This document shows positions 44,749-54,855 of a stretch of DNA of 55,043 nucleotides, one piece after another (positions within the stretch are counted from its first letter, which is position 1; the number at the start of each line of letters is the position of its first letter). The stretch spans positions 1 to 55,043 of IMG/VR virus record IMGVR_UViG_3300048838_000123. The stretch is one strand, 5' to 3'. Source of the DNA: a virus. Its lineage: Duplodnaviria > Caudoviricetes. The position numbers and the translations under genes were made by a program. Below the pieces are notes generated by a model. It was not told where the DNA came from. It did no database searches and saw only the letters and a program-made list of their open reading frames with translations.

Positions 44749-45485
44749 TGAAACTGGCATTGGTAATGCCCACAGCTCACCTGAAGCTGTTGAACACGCT
44801 CCGCATGGGCTACCAGGAGCTCGACTTGCAGCGCGTGCTGATGAAGGAACCTTGGTACACAACTATCTACCAGCGCATGCAGCATCGCGGACACTACATC
44901 ATCGCCAACGTTGGTCTCGCAGGTTCGCAGATGCGGCCAGGCGACATAACGAAGGCGCTGTCGATCTATGAACGCGAGATAGACGAGTTCGTGTTGCCGA
45001 GCGTACCTCGCGACATCAATGCAACGCTACGACTGGCGACTAGCGATGAAGCACAGCTCGTGGCTAGGCACACCCGCGTAATGGCTGTGCCGCAGGGCGC
45101 TACTATCGATGAATGGTTCGATTGCATGTACGCGTTAGTCGCAATGTTCAGCAGGGCAGTTGTCGCTGTGGGCATTCCAGCCTACTACGAAGACATCGGG
45201 CGCGCAAGGATCATCGAGCGCATTAAGGAAGACAATCTGTTACACGGCAAGTGCGTTCACCTGTTTGGCATTCACAACCATCCGCAAAGAGAGATACAGC
45301 AACTAGAACGCACTGGCATGGTGCGGGGTATCTCGACTGCGGTTGCATGTTCGTATGCACAGACAGGTCACGCAGTGTGGGCAGACAAGCCGGTCGAGCG
45401 CTTTGACATTGGCGCACGGCCGAACCGAGAACTAGTCACGAACAACATACACATACTACTGAGGTGGTGCAATGGCGGACGTTAA
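44748..45485 (+). CDS. DpdA/TGT-like paralogue, predicted catalytically inactive
   Basis: Start refined to 44748 (TGATG). Aligns end-to-end with the upstream gene but has IIANVG, VLPS and RGIST. Confidence 0.7.
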   Translation: MKLALVMPTAHLKLLNTLRMGYQELDLQRVLMKEPWYTTIYQRMQHRGHYIIANVGLAGSQMRPGDITKALSIYEREIDEFVLPSVPRDINATLRLATSDEAQLVARHTRVMAVPQGATIDEWFDCMYALVAMFSRAVVAVGIPAYYEDIGRARIIERIKEDNLLHGKCVHLFGIHNHPQREIQQLERTGMVRGISTAVACSYAQTGHAVWADKPVERFDIGARPNRELVTNNIHILLRWCNGGR

Positions 45486-47805
45486 CAAACACCCACTAGC
45501 GCGATGCAAGGAGTGCACACTGTGCTCACAGCCTTTCGTGCCTAGCGCGATCATCGAGACAAGTAAGCTTGTCGTCGTTGGCGAAGCGCCTGGCGCAGAA
45601 GAGGCCCAGCATGGCACACCCTTTGTTGGGCCCAGTGGCAAGGTACTGCGGGCTCTGATTGCCAAGCACGGTGTCGATCCTACAGCGCAGGCATCCTACG
45701 TCAACGTTGTGGCATGCAGGCCGCCGAACAATCGTGAACCTACCGACGACGAAAAGCAGGCGTGCAGGGCTCGCTTCACCTACGATCTAATGGAAGCGGG
45801 CGGAACGATCTTGGCAGTAGGGGCAACAGCTGCCGACGCACTGAAGACGACAGGCGAGAAGATCGGCAAGCGACGTGGGCTGTGGACTCGTGTGCAGAAC
45901 GATCGACCGATGATGACTACTTGGCATCCTGCCTACGTGCTGCGTAAGCAAAGCGAGATGGAGACGCTGAGCACTGACATCCGTCGGGCGATTAGCGGCA
46001 ACCAAGATGGCGTCGTGCCTGAACCGAACATCAGGATCATTCGAACGCGAGCGGAGCTGCAGTCACTTGTCGACGAGTTGAGCATCGCGAAGTACACGAT
46101 CGCGTTCGACATCGAGACAGACCAGCTGCGATGGTTCGATACGCCAACCGAACTTGCCGATCCCATCTTGATGTTGGCACTGGCATGGAGTGAACGCGAT
46201 GCAGCGATCATCTGCGACGGCCTGCTGTACGACATTCCAGGCGCGGCATCGTTAATCAACGAACTGTTCCACGCGCACGAGATGGTCGGCCACAACAGCA
46301 AGTTCGACGTTGTTTTTCTACGGGGGCAAACGCAGGTGAAGGCACGCGTCGACCACGACACGATGCTGATGCACTACGCGTTGAACGAGCAGCCAGGCAC
46401 ACACGGCTTGAAGCAACTGTCGAAGACGTACTTGGGCATCGATGACTACGAAGAGGAGCATGTGCAGAAGTACCTTCGCAGTCGCAACGATCAGTACAGC
46501 AAGGTACCGTTCGACGAGCTGAGCAAGTATGCCGCGATCGACGTGTGCGTGACGTGGCGACTGTTTCACCTGTTCAAGGCACAGCTCATTCAGCAGTACC
46601 TGTGGGATGAACCGTATCGCAGTTTGCTGATGCCACTGGCGCAAGCACTGACAGAGGTCGAGTTGAATGGCATGGCCGTCGACGTTAAGTACTTGAAAGA
46701 GGCGACCGACAAGCTCGAGCGCGAGATGGCCGAACTGGAGACGCAGATCAGAGAACTGGCAGGAGCACCCGAGCTTAACCTGAACAGCCCAGCACAGATG
46801 GCCAAGGTGCTGTACGACCAACTGAAGCTGCCGAATCCCAAAGGCAAGGACATCAACCCAAGAGCGACAAGCAAGGAAGCGTTGGCACAGCTCAAAGGAA
46901 CACACCCTATAATCGCGCTAATTGCGCAGTACAGGCGTGTCATGAAGATTAAGACCAGCTACCTTGATAACTTGTCGGACCGCGTCGATTCGAATGGACG
47001 TGTGCATGCAACGTTTCAGGTACACGGCACTGAGACTGGCCGGCTATCGGTTCGCGATCCTGCATTGCAAACGATACCGCGTGAAAGCACAGACGCATAC
47101 GGCAAGCTAATCCGCAACGCGTTCTGGGCGCCGCCAGGGACGAAGCTTGTAGTCGCTGACTACTCGCAAGCAGAGTTGCGGGTGCTCGGTGCGCTGTCAG
47201 GAGATGAGTTCCTGCTGGGTGTGTATCACGAGAAGCGGGATCTGCACACCGAAGTGGCGAAGGCGATCTGGGGCGACAACTGGACAAAGGAGCAACGCAT
47301 CCAGGCCAAGATGTTGAACTTCAGCGTCGCGTACGGCGGCAGCGAGTACTCGTTCGCCGAGACAGCAGGCCTGCCGCTAGACATTGCGCGTGAAGTAGTG
47401 CGCAAGTTCAACAACAGCATGCCGCGCGTGAAGCAGTGGAAGGAAGAACAGTTCAGGGCTGCCCGCGCACACGGCTATGTTCAGTCGCGCACTGGGCGGC
47501 GACGTCGGTTCCCTGTCATCGATCGCATAAACCTGGACGAGGTTCGTAAGGCATCGATCAACTCAGTGATTCAGGGGCTCGCTAGCGACATCACTGCCAT
47601 CGCAGCAACGAAGCTAATCAATGCCGGCTACAAGGTTGTGCTGCTGGTGCATGACTCGATCATTGTCGAGGTGCCAGAAGAAGCAGCCGAAGCAACCGCA
47701 CAAGTGGTGACTGACACGATGGTCGCAGTCGGCACGGTGGTGTGTCCTGAAGTCGCATGGAAGGCTGACTGCGACATCGTCAGTCGCTGGGGCGCGAAAT
47801 CTTAA
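45472..47805 (+). CDS. polA: Family A DNA polymerase with N-terminal family-4 UDG-like domain and 3'-5' exonuclease
   Basis: GEAPG/FVG/CRPPNNR/HPA; FDIET, HNSKFD, YAAID; DYSQAELR, AKMLNF..YG, VHDS. Confidence 0.95.
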   Translation: MADVNKHPLARCKECTLCSQPFVPSAIIETSKLVVVGEAPGAEEAQHGTPFVGPSGKVLRALIAKHGVDPTAQASYVNVVACRPPNNREPTDDEKQACRARFTYDLMEAGGTILAVGATAADALKTTGEKIGKRRGLWTRVQNDRPMMTTWHPAYVLRKQSEMETLSTDIRRAISGNQDGVVPEPNIRIIRTRAELQSLVDELSIAKYTIAFDIETDQLRWFDTPTELADPILMLALAWSERDAAIICDGLLYDIPGAASLINELFHAHEMVGHNSKFDVVFLRGQTQVKARVDHDTMLMHYALNEQPGTHGLKQLSKTYLGIDDYEEEHVQKYLRSRNDQYSKVPFDELSKYAAIDVCVTWRLFHLFKAQLIQQYLWDEPYRSLLMPLAQALTEVELNGMAVDVKYLKEATDKLEREMAELETQIRELAGAPELNLNSPAQMAKVLYDQLKLPNPKGKDINPRATSKEALAQLKGTHPIIALIAQYRRVMKIKTSYLDNLSDRVDSNGRVHATFQVHGTETGRLSVRDPALQTIPRESTDAYGKLIRNAFWAPPGTKLVVADYSQAELRVLGALSGDEFLLGVYHEKRDLHTEVAKAIWGDNWTKEQRIQAKMLNFSVAYGGSEYSFAETAGLPLDIAREVVRKFNNSMPRVKQWKEEQFRAARAHGYVQSRTGRRRRFPVIDRINLDEVRKASINSVIQGLASDITAIAATKLINAGYKVVLLVHDSIIVEVPEEAAEATAQVVTDTMVAVGTVVCPEVAWKADCDIVSRWGAKS

Positions 47806-48343
47806 TCGCAACGAGTGACGGATAGAAGTGCATCGTGAAGGGGGCGGTCCATCTAGTTGCGCCGCCTCCTATCGTTAAGTCAAGCAACGGTCGATAGATG
47901 CGATCGAACGCTCCGTGCTTACTAGTCTGCGGCCACCACAGGGTGTGCAAGTCCTCGACAAAGTACCACTGTCGAGTTCGCGGCAACAACCAGTTCAGCG
48001 TTGCCTTCTGTTGTTCCTCTTGGTGACTCGCATCGTCAATCACAACGTCGACAAAGTCAGGCACACCCTCTACTGGCTCGGAGACATCGGCTTCGATAAA
48101 CGTAGTGTTGCCGACGCGCCGAACGTAGTGATCCCCGTTCAAGTCGATCCCGATCACAGTTGCCTTAGGGAAGTACTCGCGCCACATTGCCAACGATGCG
48201 CCTTCCCACACGCCCAGTTCGACTAGCGTGATCTGCTTGTTGCGCAGTGGCGACAGCAGGCGATCGTAGACCTCGGTGTAGTTGTGCCCATCTGGCCCTT
48301 TGTCTGTGCCGTACTTAAGCGCTAACTCGTGTAGTGTCTTCAT
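47780..48343 (-). CDS. Class I SAM-dependent (sugar O-) methyltransferase
   Basis: YGTDK..HNY...Y, VELGV..GASL.MW.EYF, GID, IDDASH, VEDL. Confidence 0.85.
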   Translation of the reverse strand: MKTLHELALKYGTDKGPDGHNYTEVYDRLLSPLRNKQITLVELGVWEGASLAMWREYFPKATVIGIDLNGDHYVRRVGNTTFIEADVSEPVEGVPDFVDVVIDDASHQEEQQKATLNWLLPRTRQWYFVEDLHTLWWPQTSKHGAFDRIYRPLLDLTIGGGATRWTAPFTMHFYPSLVAIKISRPSD

Positions 48344-48738
48344 GCGAAGTTTGGGTTGGTTGGGATCACGCGTACGCGATACGTACGATTGCCGCCACGT
48401 AGGTTCTGCAGAAACAACTTCTTGTTCGCGTTCACATACAAGTTGGTACGCGATGCAGTGCCTGATGTCGTGCTGAACGTTGCGCCATGACTGATTACGG
48501 CGATTGAGCCGGCTGCTGGCTGAAAGAAGTACAGTCCGTGGTCGCCGTCGCTTGCGTTATACACGTACAGCAACCCTGCGAGTGTGCCATCTGTCGCAGT
48601 TGTGGGGAACAGTTCCACAGCTGTGTTGTTGGCAATGACAGTGTCCAAGAACATTACGCCAACGAAGTCTCGGCTGCGCAAGCGTCGAACTTCCGCTTCC
48701 AACTGTGCCACACGTCGAACCAAAGAGTCGCTACTCAT
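48340..48738 (-). CDS. Small tail-tip/fibre protein
   Basis: Start refined to 48738; N-terminal coiled coil then beta-rich domain; follows Tal. Confidence 0.6.
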   Translation of the reverse strand: MSSDSLVRRVAQLEAEVRRLRSRDFVGVMFLDTVIANNTAVELFPTTATDGTLAGLLYVYNASDGDHGLYFFQPAAGSIAVISHGATFSTTSGTASRTNLYVNANKKLFLQNLRGGNRTYRVRVIPTNPNFA

Positions 48739-49921
48739 ACCAAGGCCTCGTGGATGTAACAGTTGCTTCGACGTCCTCGCCTGTCTCCGACACCGTGACG
48801 TGCACCTGTGTAACGCGACAGTCCGCTTCGTACCCGAACATACGTATACGAACGATGTCGCCATGATTCCAATGTAAGCCATAGCGCTTGTCGGGGATCG
48901 AGGCAAGGCGAGCCGAGACGCGTGTGAACGGACGGTTGTTAACAAGCGCACGATACCCCTCAGTGACTAAGAAGCTTGTGTTTGTGCCCTCGCCAGTGAC
49001 GTAGATCTCTCGTCTGCCGAATGGACCGCCTCGCCGTAGTTCTTCAATGTTGGCCTGTAACGCGGCTATTGTCTGTGCCGCACCTTCACCCTCTCCGCCC
49101 ACTCGAACATAGTTTGCATACGCCGAATAGTCGTACTCGATCTTAGGCACTGTTAGTTCACCACGATCCCAATCGAACACGATCGCATTGACGCCGGCAG
49201 CTGCTCCGTGGTTGGTGCCGCGAAGATCGTAGTACACCTTGAATGCCACGTTCGGCGGAGCACCGTTTCGGATGACGTCGTAGCCCATCCAGTTGTTCGC
49301 GCCAAAGCCGCCAGCCGGGTTAATGCTGTAGTCGTCAACTAAGTCGCTGAGCACATCCAGCAGGTTCATCCACGCCGCCTTCTTCTGCGTCGTTAACACT
49401 AGCTCGGGGGCCGTCTGCAGGTATTGCATCGCAGAGACCGTTCGCAAGTCTTTCGGCCCCTCGACTGTACCGTCGGATGCTTGTGTGTCGAATGCTCCGC
49501 GGACGTGTGCGAACATGATGTTGCCATACTCGCCCGCTGTTTCAGCTCGTACTGACCCTTGCCTGTAGTTGATGATGCGTCTGCGTAACAGCTCTTTGCT
49601 GTCGGCGCATCTGACTGTGATCAGGTTCTGGTGTTGGTTGTTCACTTCCTGCTGGAACCCGATTACGTTCCACACAGCTCCTTCGCCGCCTGACCCTTCG
49701 AGATAAGGTGCCGCGCCGTCAACTGATCTCCACACCTCAAGCTGGAAACCGTCTTGCCACATCGTCACAGGAAGACCCGTAGGTTCGGGCGCTGCGTATA
49801 CCAACGTAAGCGCGCCTGGTTCCTTTTCGTTGAGCACGTACTCAAGGCGACTGAACTTGTCCAATCGGCACAGTAACGTACCTGCGTGGTTGTACACTCG
49901 TACGTGGTAGTAGTTCGTCAT
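48731..49921 (-). CDS. Tail tip/hub protein (Tal, ReqiPepy6 gp37-like)
   Basis: NYVRVGGEGEG, GRREIY, YGLHWNHGDIV; position after Dit. Confidence 0.75.
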   Translation of the reverse strand: MTNYYHVRVYNHAGTLLCRLDKFSRLEYVLNEKEPGALTLVYAAPEPTGLPVTMWQDGFQLEVWRSVDGAAPYLEGSGGEGAVWNVIGFQQEVNNQHQNLITVRCADSKELLRRRIINYRQGSVRAETAGEYGNIMFAHVRGAFDTQASDGTVEGPKDLRTVSAMQYLQTAPELVLTTQKKAAWMNLLDVLSDLVDDYSINPAGGFGANNWMGYDVIRNGAPPNVAFKVYYDLRGTNHGAAAGVNAIVFDWDRGELTVPKIEYDYSAYANYVRVGGEGEGAAQTIAALQANIEELRRGGPFGRREIYVTGEGTNTSFLVTEGYRALVNNRPFTRVSARLASIPDKRYGLHWNHGDIVRIRMFGYEADCRVTQVHVTVSETGEDVEATVTSTRPWYE

Positions 49922-52440
49922 GGCATGTCAATGGTTGTGTGGTACGAGAAGCGCTCGAGCGTCGTCGTTACGTTGAGTGCAGTCAACTGAATACGGTTGT
50001 CACCTGGGTTCAATCTAAACGCTCGCGGGTCGCTGCCGTACAGCACTGCCCTTAGGTCGCCTCGCAAGTTGCTTGTGAACTCGAACGATGCACCCGTCTG
50101 TAGCGTCAGCACTTCGTTGGGCACAGTAACCAGATCGAAGTACAACACTTGGCCCGTCGCCCAATTGCGTAGTGACGTAATGCTGCCGTTGGCGTTCGCG
50201 GCTGTGAAAGTAACGCGAGGGAATGCGACTTCGTTGCCTGGCACGTTGACCGTCGTCGTTCCCGGTATCAACAAGTTGGTTGTGAAGTTACCACCGCCAA
50301 CGAGATATGGTGCACTGTAGTCAAGGGTAAAGATGCCCTGCGCTGTTGGGTACGTCTCGATGTCGTAGCGGAGAAACGTCGATCCAGTCCACAGCGCCGT
50401 GCCGCCAACCGCTTTGCCGCCTGCTGTGTTAAAGTTGCCAGCGACTAGCATGCCCTCTGGAATCCGTTTCAGTGCGCCGACGCCTTGCGCACTTACACCT
50501 GAGCCTACAGGCGACCACGTGAAACCATTCCACTTCGCCAGGTGACTAACAGGTATTGAAGTGCCTGCCGCAGTCGTAAAGATGCCGCCAACATACAACG
50601 CACCGTCAGCACCGAACTCCATGTCGACGACAAAGCCGCCGCCGCCTTGTACGCCCCCGCCTACAGCTTGCCATCCAACGCCTATCGTGTATTGCGCCAG
50701 CCCTAAAGTCGTTACACTGTTGACAGCACTGATTGCAGAGCCCGTTTGACCTGCCCCAATGAAAACAGGCCAGCCTGGCGCCGTCTCGATAACGCCCACT
50801 TGACCTGACATTGATGACGCGATCGAAGGTCCCCACGCACCGCCATGCGAAGGGTTCCAGTCGTAGTAGATAATGTTGCGTGACGAGATGGCTGTGCCGA
50901 CCGTGTTACCTATTGCGGTGAAGTTGCCGCCGATCCACATCAGGTATGTGCTGGGCTCGAACTTCAAGGCATACACTGGCCCGTTAACGTAGAACGAACT
51001 AAAGTTGCCCTTCTGCCCTATGCTCGGCAGCCAGCTGTCGTTGTATCCAAGGTACGGCGACGTTGCCTGCCCGACCATTATCAGTGTCGTACCGCCGCCC
51101 ATGTTGAGAGTAGAGATGGCTGTTACGTTTGCGGGTACGAACGCACCGCCGCCGTCATCGACAGTAATGAACGTACTCGTGACTGGATCGAACTCGCGAA
51201 TGCCGAACGTGCCGCCCACCAGGATGCGACCTTCCCACGTGACGTGTACGACATTAATCACACCGCCTGGGTTCGCTGCAGGATTGGGTAGCACACTCCC
51301 GTCACGATAGTCGCGCGCGAAGAAGTAGTTCAGCGTTTGCGTCGTTGTACCAGCAAGCGCCTGTGTCGTTGTGCCCAAAGACGTTCCGAGAGCCGCGTAC
51401 GGCAAGTACACGTTGAACGTCATCGCGGCAGTCTCGATGCCGAAGTCGGTCGTTTGATTGCCTTCAAGTCCGCCGGCGTACACTGCGTCGACAACGATTG
51501 CGTCTGCTTGGTCGATGTCGTGCTCAGCGCGACGCCGAATGAACATACGCACCGGCTGCTGTGGAACCGTCGCTTCAGGCCGCACAGCGCTGTGCAGGGC
51601 CCGTCGGTCGTTAATCAACTGCGCGCGCGAGATATGTTCCCAAACACCTGCGATCGTTAGCGTCCGCATTGGCGTTAGCGATTGCTGATAGTCGGCGCCG
51701 CCGATCTGTGCGTAAGGTACGACAATCGGGCTTGTAGGGGCTGCTGCGAACCCTATCAGGGCTGTGACAGTCAAGCCAAACTGTTTGAGCGACATGGGTC
51801 TGCCACCAGCTCGCGTAGTCGCTGAACGTGTGGACACAGATCGATGAGCTACGCCAGTCCATGTGCAGCCTTGTTGTGTGCCATCGATGAATGTGGTAGC
51901 GTAGGGCAGCGGCTCGATTTGCACACCATCAAGCCACACTGTCGTCTGCGTACCGCCTCCTGCGCCTGTAATCGTCAGGCGCACTTGCGTCGCAGTCGAC
52001 GGAGGTTGAAAGGTCGCGGCAAACTGATGCCACTTCGTGGTGTTGCCGCGGCGCAAGTTGCGAACGTAGATACCAACGATGTTGTTGCTACCGTCGCGAA
52101 ACGATACTTCAACGCGAGCGCCAAACGCATCCCCGCTCTGCTGTTGGTACGCAAAAGAGACTGTGCACACTGTCGCGCCAGACCACGAAGTGTTGAAGTA
52201 CGAGCCGCCGTTGCCGCCGCTGTCGGATTGTATACGACCGCACGCGATGCCGTAAAAAGCCCTGTCAGTCTGGCGTGTGACTGTGCCGCCAGTGTTTGTC
52301 CATCCAACCGTGCCCTCTTCGAACGAAGGGTTTGTACAGACATTAGTGCCTGGCGTCGGCACAACGATCTGGATCTCGACGTCCTCGAGCACATGCTGCG
52401 GTTGCGTAACCGGGTTGCGGAATGTTCTTTGCCGTGTCAT
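49918..52440 (-). CDS. Evolved distal tail protein (Dit) with CBM-like and beta-propeller modules
   Basis: N..TNPSFE...WLDGVQIE; repeated LYVGG.FT..G...A.WNG..W; C-terminal F.L.PG.N.I; follows TMP. Confidence 0.7.
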   Translation of the reverse strand: MTRQRTFRNPVTQPQHVLEDVEIQIVVPTPGTNVCTNPSFEEGTVGWTNTGGTVTRQTDRAFYGIACGRIQSDSGGNGGSYFNTSWSGATVCTVSFAYQQQSGDAFGARVEVSFRDGSNNIVGIYVRNLRRGNTTKWHQFAATFQPPSTATQVRLTITGAGGGTQTTVWLDGVQIEPLPYATTFIDGTQQGCTWTGVAHRSVSTRSATTRAGGRPMSLKQFGLTVTALIGFAAAPTSPIVVPYAQIGGADYQQSLTPMRTLTIAGVWEHISRAQLINDRRALHSAVRPEATVPQQPVRMFIRRRAEHDIDQADAIVVDAVYAGGLEGNQTTDFGIETAAMTFNVYLPYAALGTSLGTTTQALAGTTTQTLNYFFARDYRDGSVLPNPAANPGGVINVVHVTWEGRILVGGTFGIREFDPVTSTFITVDDGGGAFVPANVTAISTLNMGGGTTLIMVGQATSPYLGYNDSWLPSIGQKGNFSSFYVNGPVYALKFEPSTYLMWIGGNFTAIGNTVGTAISSRNIIYYDWNPSHGGAWGPSIASSMSGQVGVIETAPGWPVFIGAGQTGSAISAVNSVTTLGLAQYTIGVGWQAVGGGVQGGGGFVVDMEFGADGALYVGGIFTTAAGTSIPVSHLAKWNGFTWSPVGSGVSAQGVGALKRIPEGMLVAGNFNTAGGKAVGGTALWTGSTFLRYDIETYPTAQGIFTLDYSAPYLVGGGNFTTNLLIPGTTTVNVPGNEVAFPRVTFTAANANGSITSLRNWATGQVLYFDLVTVPNEVLTLQTGASFEFTSNLRGDLRAVLYGSDPRAFRLNPGDNRIQLTALNVTTTLERFSYHTTIDMP

Positions 52441-54599
52441 GGTGATGCCAGTGCGCGCATTAGGTTAAAGTCAGTCGTCACAGTACCAGTGGACTGCATC
52501 GACGTTACGTTAAGGTTGTACGCTGTGCTGAAGTTGCTTACGTTCGAGGTAGTACTGCTGCCCGCAAAGCCTGACATGGTTGTCGTTGCAGGTATCCCCA
52601 AGAACGATCGCAGTGCTTCTTGAATGGGGCCGGGGAAGATACTAAGCGCAGCATTGAACGCCGACAGGATTGCGTTGCGCAGTGTGTTGACCAATAGCTC
52701 GGCAGCGTTGCGTAGACCCGTTACGATCGAGTCGATAATGCCCTCGCCGATCTTGATCCAGTCAGTCAACGTTTGCACAGCGGCGTTGTAAGCGTTTGTC
52801 AGGCCGGTGCGCAACGCATTCGCGATCTCGGTGACCTTGTTGTTGATCGTGCGAATGATGCTGTTAAGTGTATCGCGGACTGCGGTTTGGATGTCCTGCC
52901 ATATCTTCTCGAACAGCTCAAGTATGTTAACCAAGTCGGTGTCAAGCTGCCCAGTGATGAGCGACATGACGACCTTCAGCACAGTCTGTATGATACCAAT
53001 AGCGACCTTAACAACCGTCGAGATCACTGTCCACACGGCTGTCCAAATCGCTTGTATCGTTTCGCTGTTCTCGTTGATGAAGGATGCGATACGGGCAATG
53101 CCTGGCACGACGACATTGGTGATGATCGCGATGGCGGTCTCAACGACCATACCAATCGTCTTCCACACCTCCTGGAAGATCGCTTGTATCTCATCACCGT
53201 GTTCGCTTAAGAAGATCTGGATCTGTGCAACAGCGGCTTGGATGTAGGTACTCATTGCCCACATCACCTGTTCGACGATTGCACGGGCTGCTTCGAACAC
53301 AGGAGCGAACTGTTCCAGCACCGGGAACATCGTCATCAGTGTCTCGCCGAAGCCCTTGCCTTCGCCTGACGCTGCCTGGAACGACTGCACGATCGACATG
53401 ATCGCGTTAACGCCCGGCGTCAGTACGTTGTTGAACAGGTCGGTCAAGATAGGCAAGAGGAGTGTGCCAAGCACGATCTGCAGCGTCTCGATTGACCCTG
53501 CGAACTGCTCCTGCGCAAAGGCTAGGCCCTGCTGTTTCTTGCCTGCCTGATCTGCAGCGCTTCCAACCTTGGACATCGCTGCTGCCATATCGTTGTAGCC
53601 TGCAGCGCCTGCGTTAGCAAGTGCGATGGCTGCACGCGCAGCATCGGAGCCAAAGATAGTTGTGAGTGTGGCGTTCTTTTGTTCGTCGCTTAGGCCCGCC
53701 AATGCTGTCTGCAACATCTGGGCCGTTTGCTCCATGCCAACGAACTGGCCATTGGCATCGAAGAACGCTGACTTGCCGTCTTCTGTTGCCAAGCCTAAGG
53801 CCATCATTGCCTTGGTGGCTTCCTTCGACTGCGGCGTAAGACGTTGCAAGAACGTCTTGAAGCCTGTGCCCGCATCGCTGCCACCTGCGAACTGGGGTCG
53901 GATAAGTGCGATGGTCTTGATGAGGTCGTCGAACTCAACGCCGGCACCTTCAGCTTGGCCTGCTGAGTTGGCGATGCCCAGTGCCAGGTCGTCGACGTCC
54001 AACGAGCTAGCGTTCGCTGCCTGCGACAACAGGTCGACAACGTTGGTTGCTGTGATGCCGTGCCGACTCCACACCGCCAAGTTCGTTGCGACGATTTCGG
54101 CTGCAGGCGCAAGCTCCATATCGGTCGCGCCTGCAAGATCAAGCACAGCGGCAGTTGCATCGCTTTGTACCTTCGCGATGTCGACGCCGCCCTTGACTAG
54201 TTCGATAGTTGCCTGCTGTGCGTCTGCGGCACTGAACTTGGTAGCTGCGCCCAAGTCCAACCACATCTGCTTGAACTCTTCTAGTTTACCGACGGGCAGT
54301 TCACCTGCGACGGCTTCGAAGTTGAGTGTGTTGGCCTGGAAGTCCGCAGCGACGCCAATCGAGTCAGCGACAAACCCTGACACCGCCTGAGCTGCCTGCG
54401 CGGCCATGTCGATGACAGTAGTCGCCATGGACACGAACGCGCCTGCAATGATACCTGTCTTCGCGGCAACACGGGTCTCGGAGCTTTCCGTTTGATCGAC
54501 AAAACGATTCAGCGCACGAGACGACTCATCCATCGACTTGATGAACTTGTCGGTTTGGTCCGCTGTTAACGTAATGCCTGCTTGGTTTTTATCGGACAT
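52437..54599 (-). CDS. Tape measure protein (TP901-type core)
   Basis: T.FSA......EL.K.G, GSDAGT.FKT.L.RL, FFDANGQF, TIFGSDA.RAA; amphipathic W-repeat region. Confidence 0.92.
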   Translation of the reverse strand: MSDKNQAGITLTADQTDKFIKSMDESSRALNRFVDQTESSETRVAAKTGIIAGAFVSMATTVIDMAAQAAQAVSGFVADSIGVAADFQANTLNFEAVAGELPVGKLEEFKQMWLDLGAATKFSAADAQQATIELVKGGVDIAKVQSDATAAVLDLAGATDMELAPAAEIVATNLAVWSRHGITATNVVDLLSQAANASSLDVDDLALGIANSAGQAEGAGVEFDDLIKTIALIRPQFAGGSDAGTGFKTFLQRLTPQSKEATKAMMALGLATEDGKSAFFDANGQFVGMEQTAQMLQTALAGLSDEQKNATLTTIFGSDAARAAIALANAGAAGYNDMAAAMSKVGSAADQAGKKQQGLAFAQEQFAGSIETLQIVLGTLLLPILTDLFNNVLTPGVNAIMSIVQSFQAASGEGKGFGETLMTMFPVLEQFAPVFEAARAIVEQVMWAMSTYIQAAVAQIQIFLSEHGDEIQAIFQEVWKTIGMVVETAIAIITNVVVPGIARIASFINENSETIQAIWTAVWTVISTVVKVAIGIIQTVLKVVMSLITGQLDTDLVNILELFEKIWQDIQTAVRDTLNSIIRTINNKVTEIANALRTGLTNAYNAAVQTLTDWIKIGEGIIDSIVTGLRNAAELLVNTLRNAILSAFNAALSIFPGPIQEALRSFLGIPATTTMSGFAGSSTTSNVSNFSTAYNLNVTSMQSTGTVTTDFNLMRALASP

Positions 54600-54855
54600 T
54601 GCTTCTCCGTGTCTGTAAGTCTGTGCTTACTGCATCCAGTAACCGCTTGGCCTGCCACGTTGCCACTACTTCGCTCTGCTCGTCTGGTGTCAGTGCATCG
54701 AACTCACTATACGATTTGAACCCCGATTCAAGCGCCGCGAGTCGATACTCGAACTCTATCGAGTAGGTGATGCCGGATCGTCGGAGAGGATAGTGCCTGA
54801 CGTCGACGCCGTTTGCTCTGATTTGCCATTCGTCGAAGAGCTGGGCGATTTTGGG
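54589..54855 (-). CDS. Tail assembly chaperone -1 frameshift extension (gpGT-like)
   Basis: Slippery C CCA AAA at 54855-54849; -1 frame PKIAQLFDEWQ...RRSNVR stays open until it overlaps the TMP start. Confidence 0.75.
   Translation of the reverse strand, partial: PKIAQLFDEWQIRANGVDVRHYPLRRSGITYSIEFEYRLAALESGFKSYSEFDALTPDEQSEVVATWQAKRLLDAVSTDLQTRRSNVR

Noticed and set aside
47780-48343. DNA methyltransferase
   Set aside because: Lacks DPPY/NPPY or PC motifs and matches the small-molecule/sugar O-methyltransferase pattern
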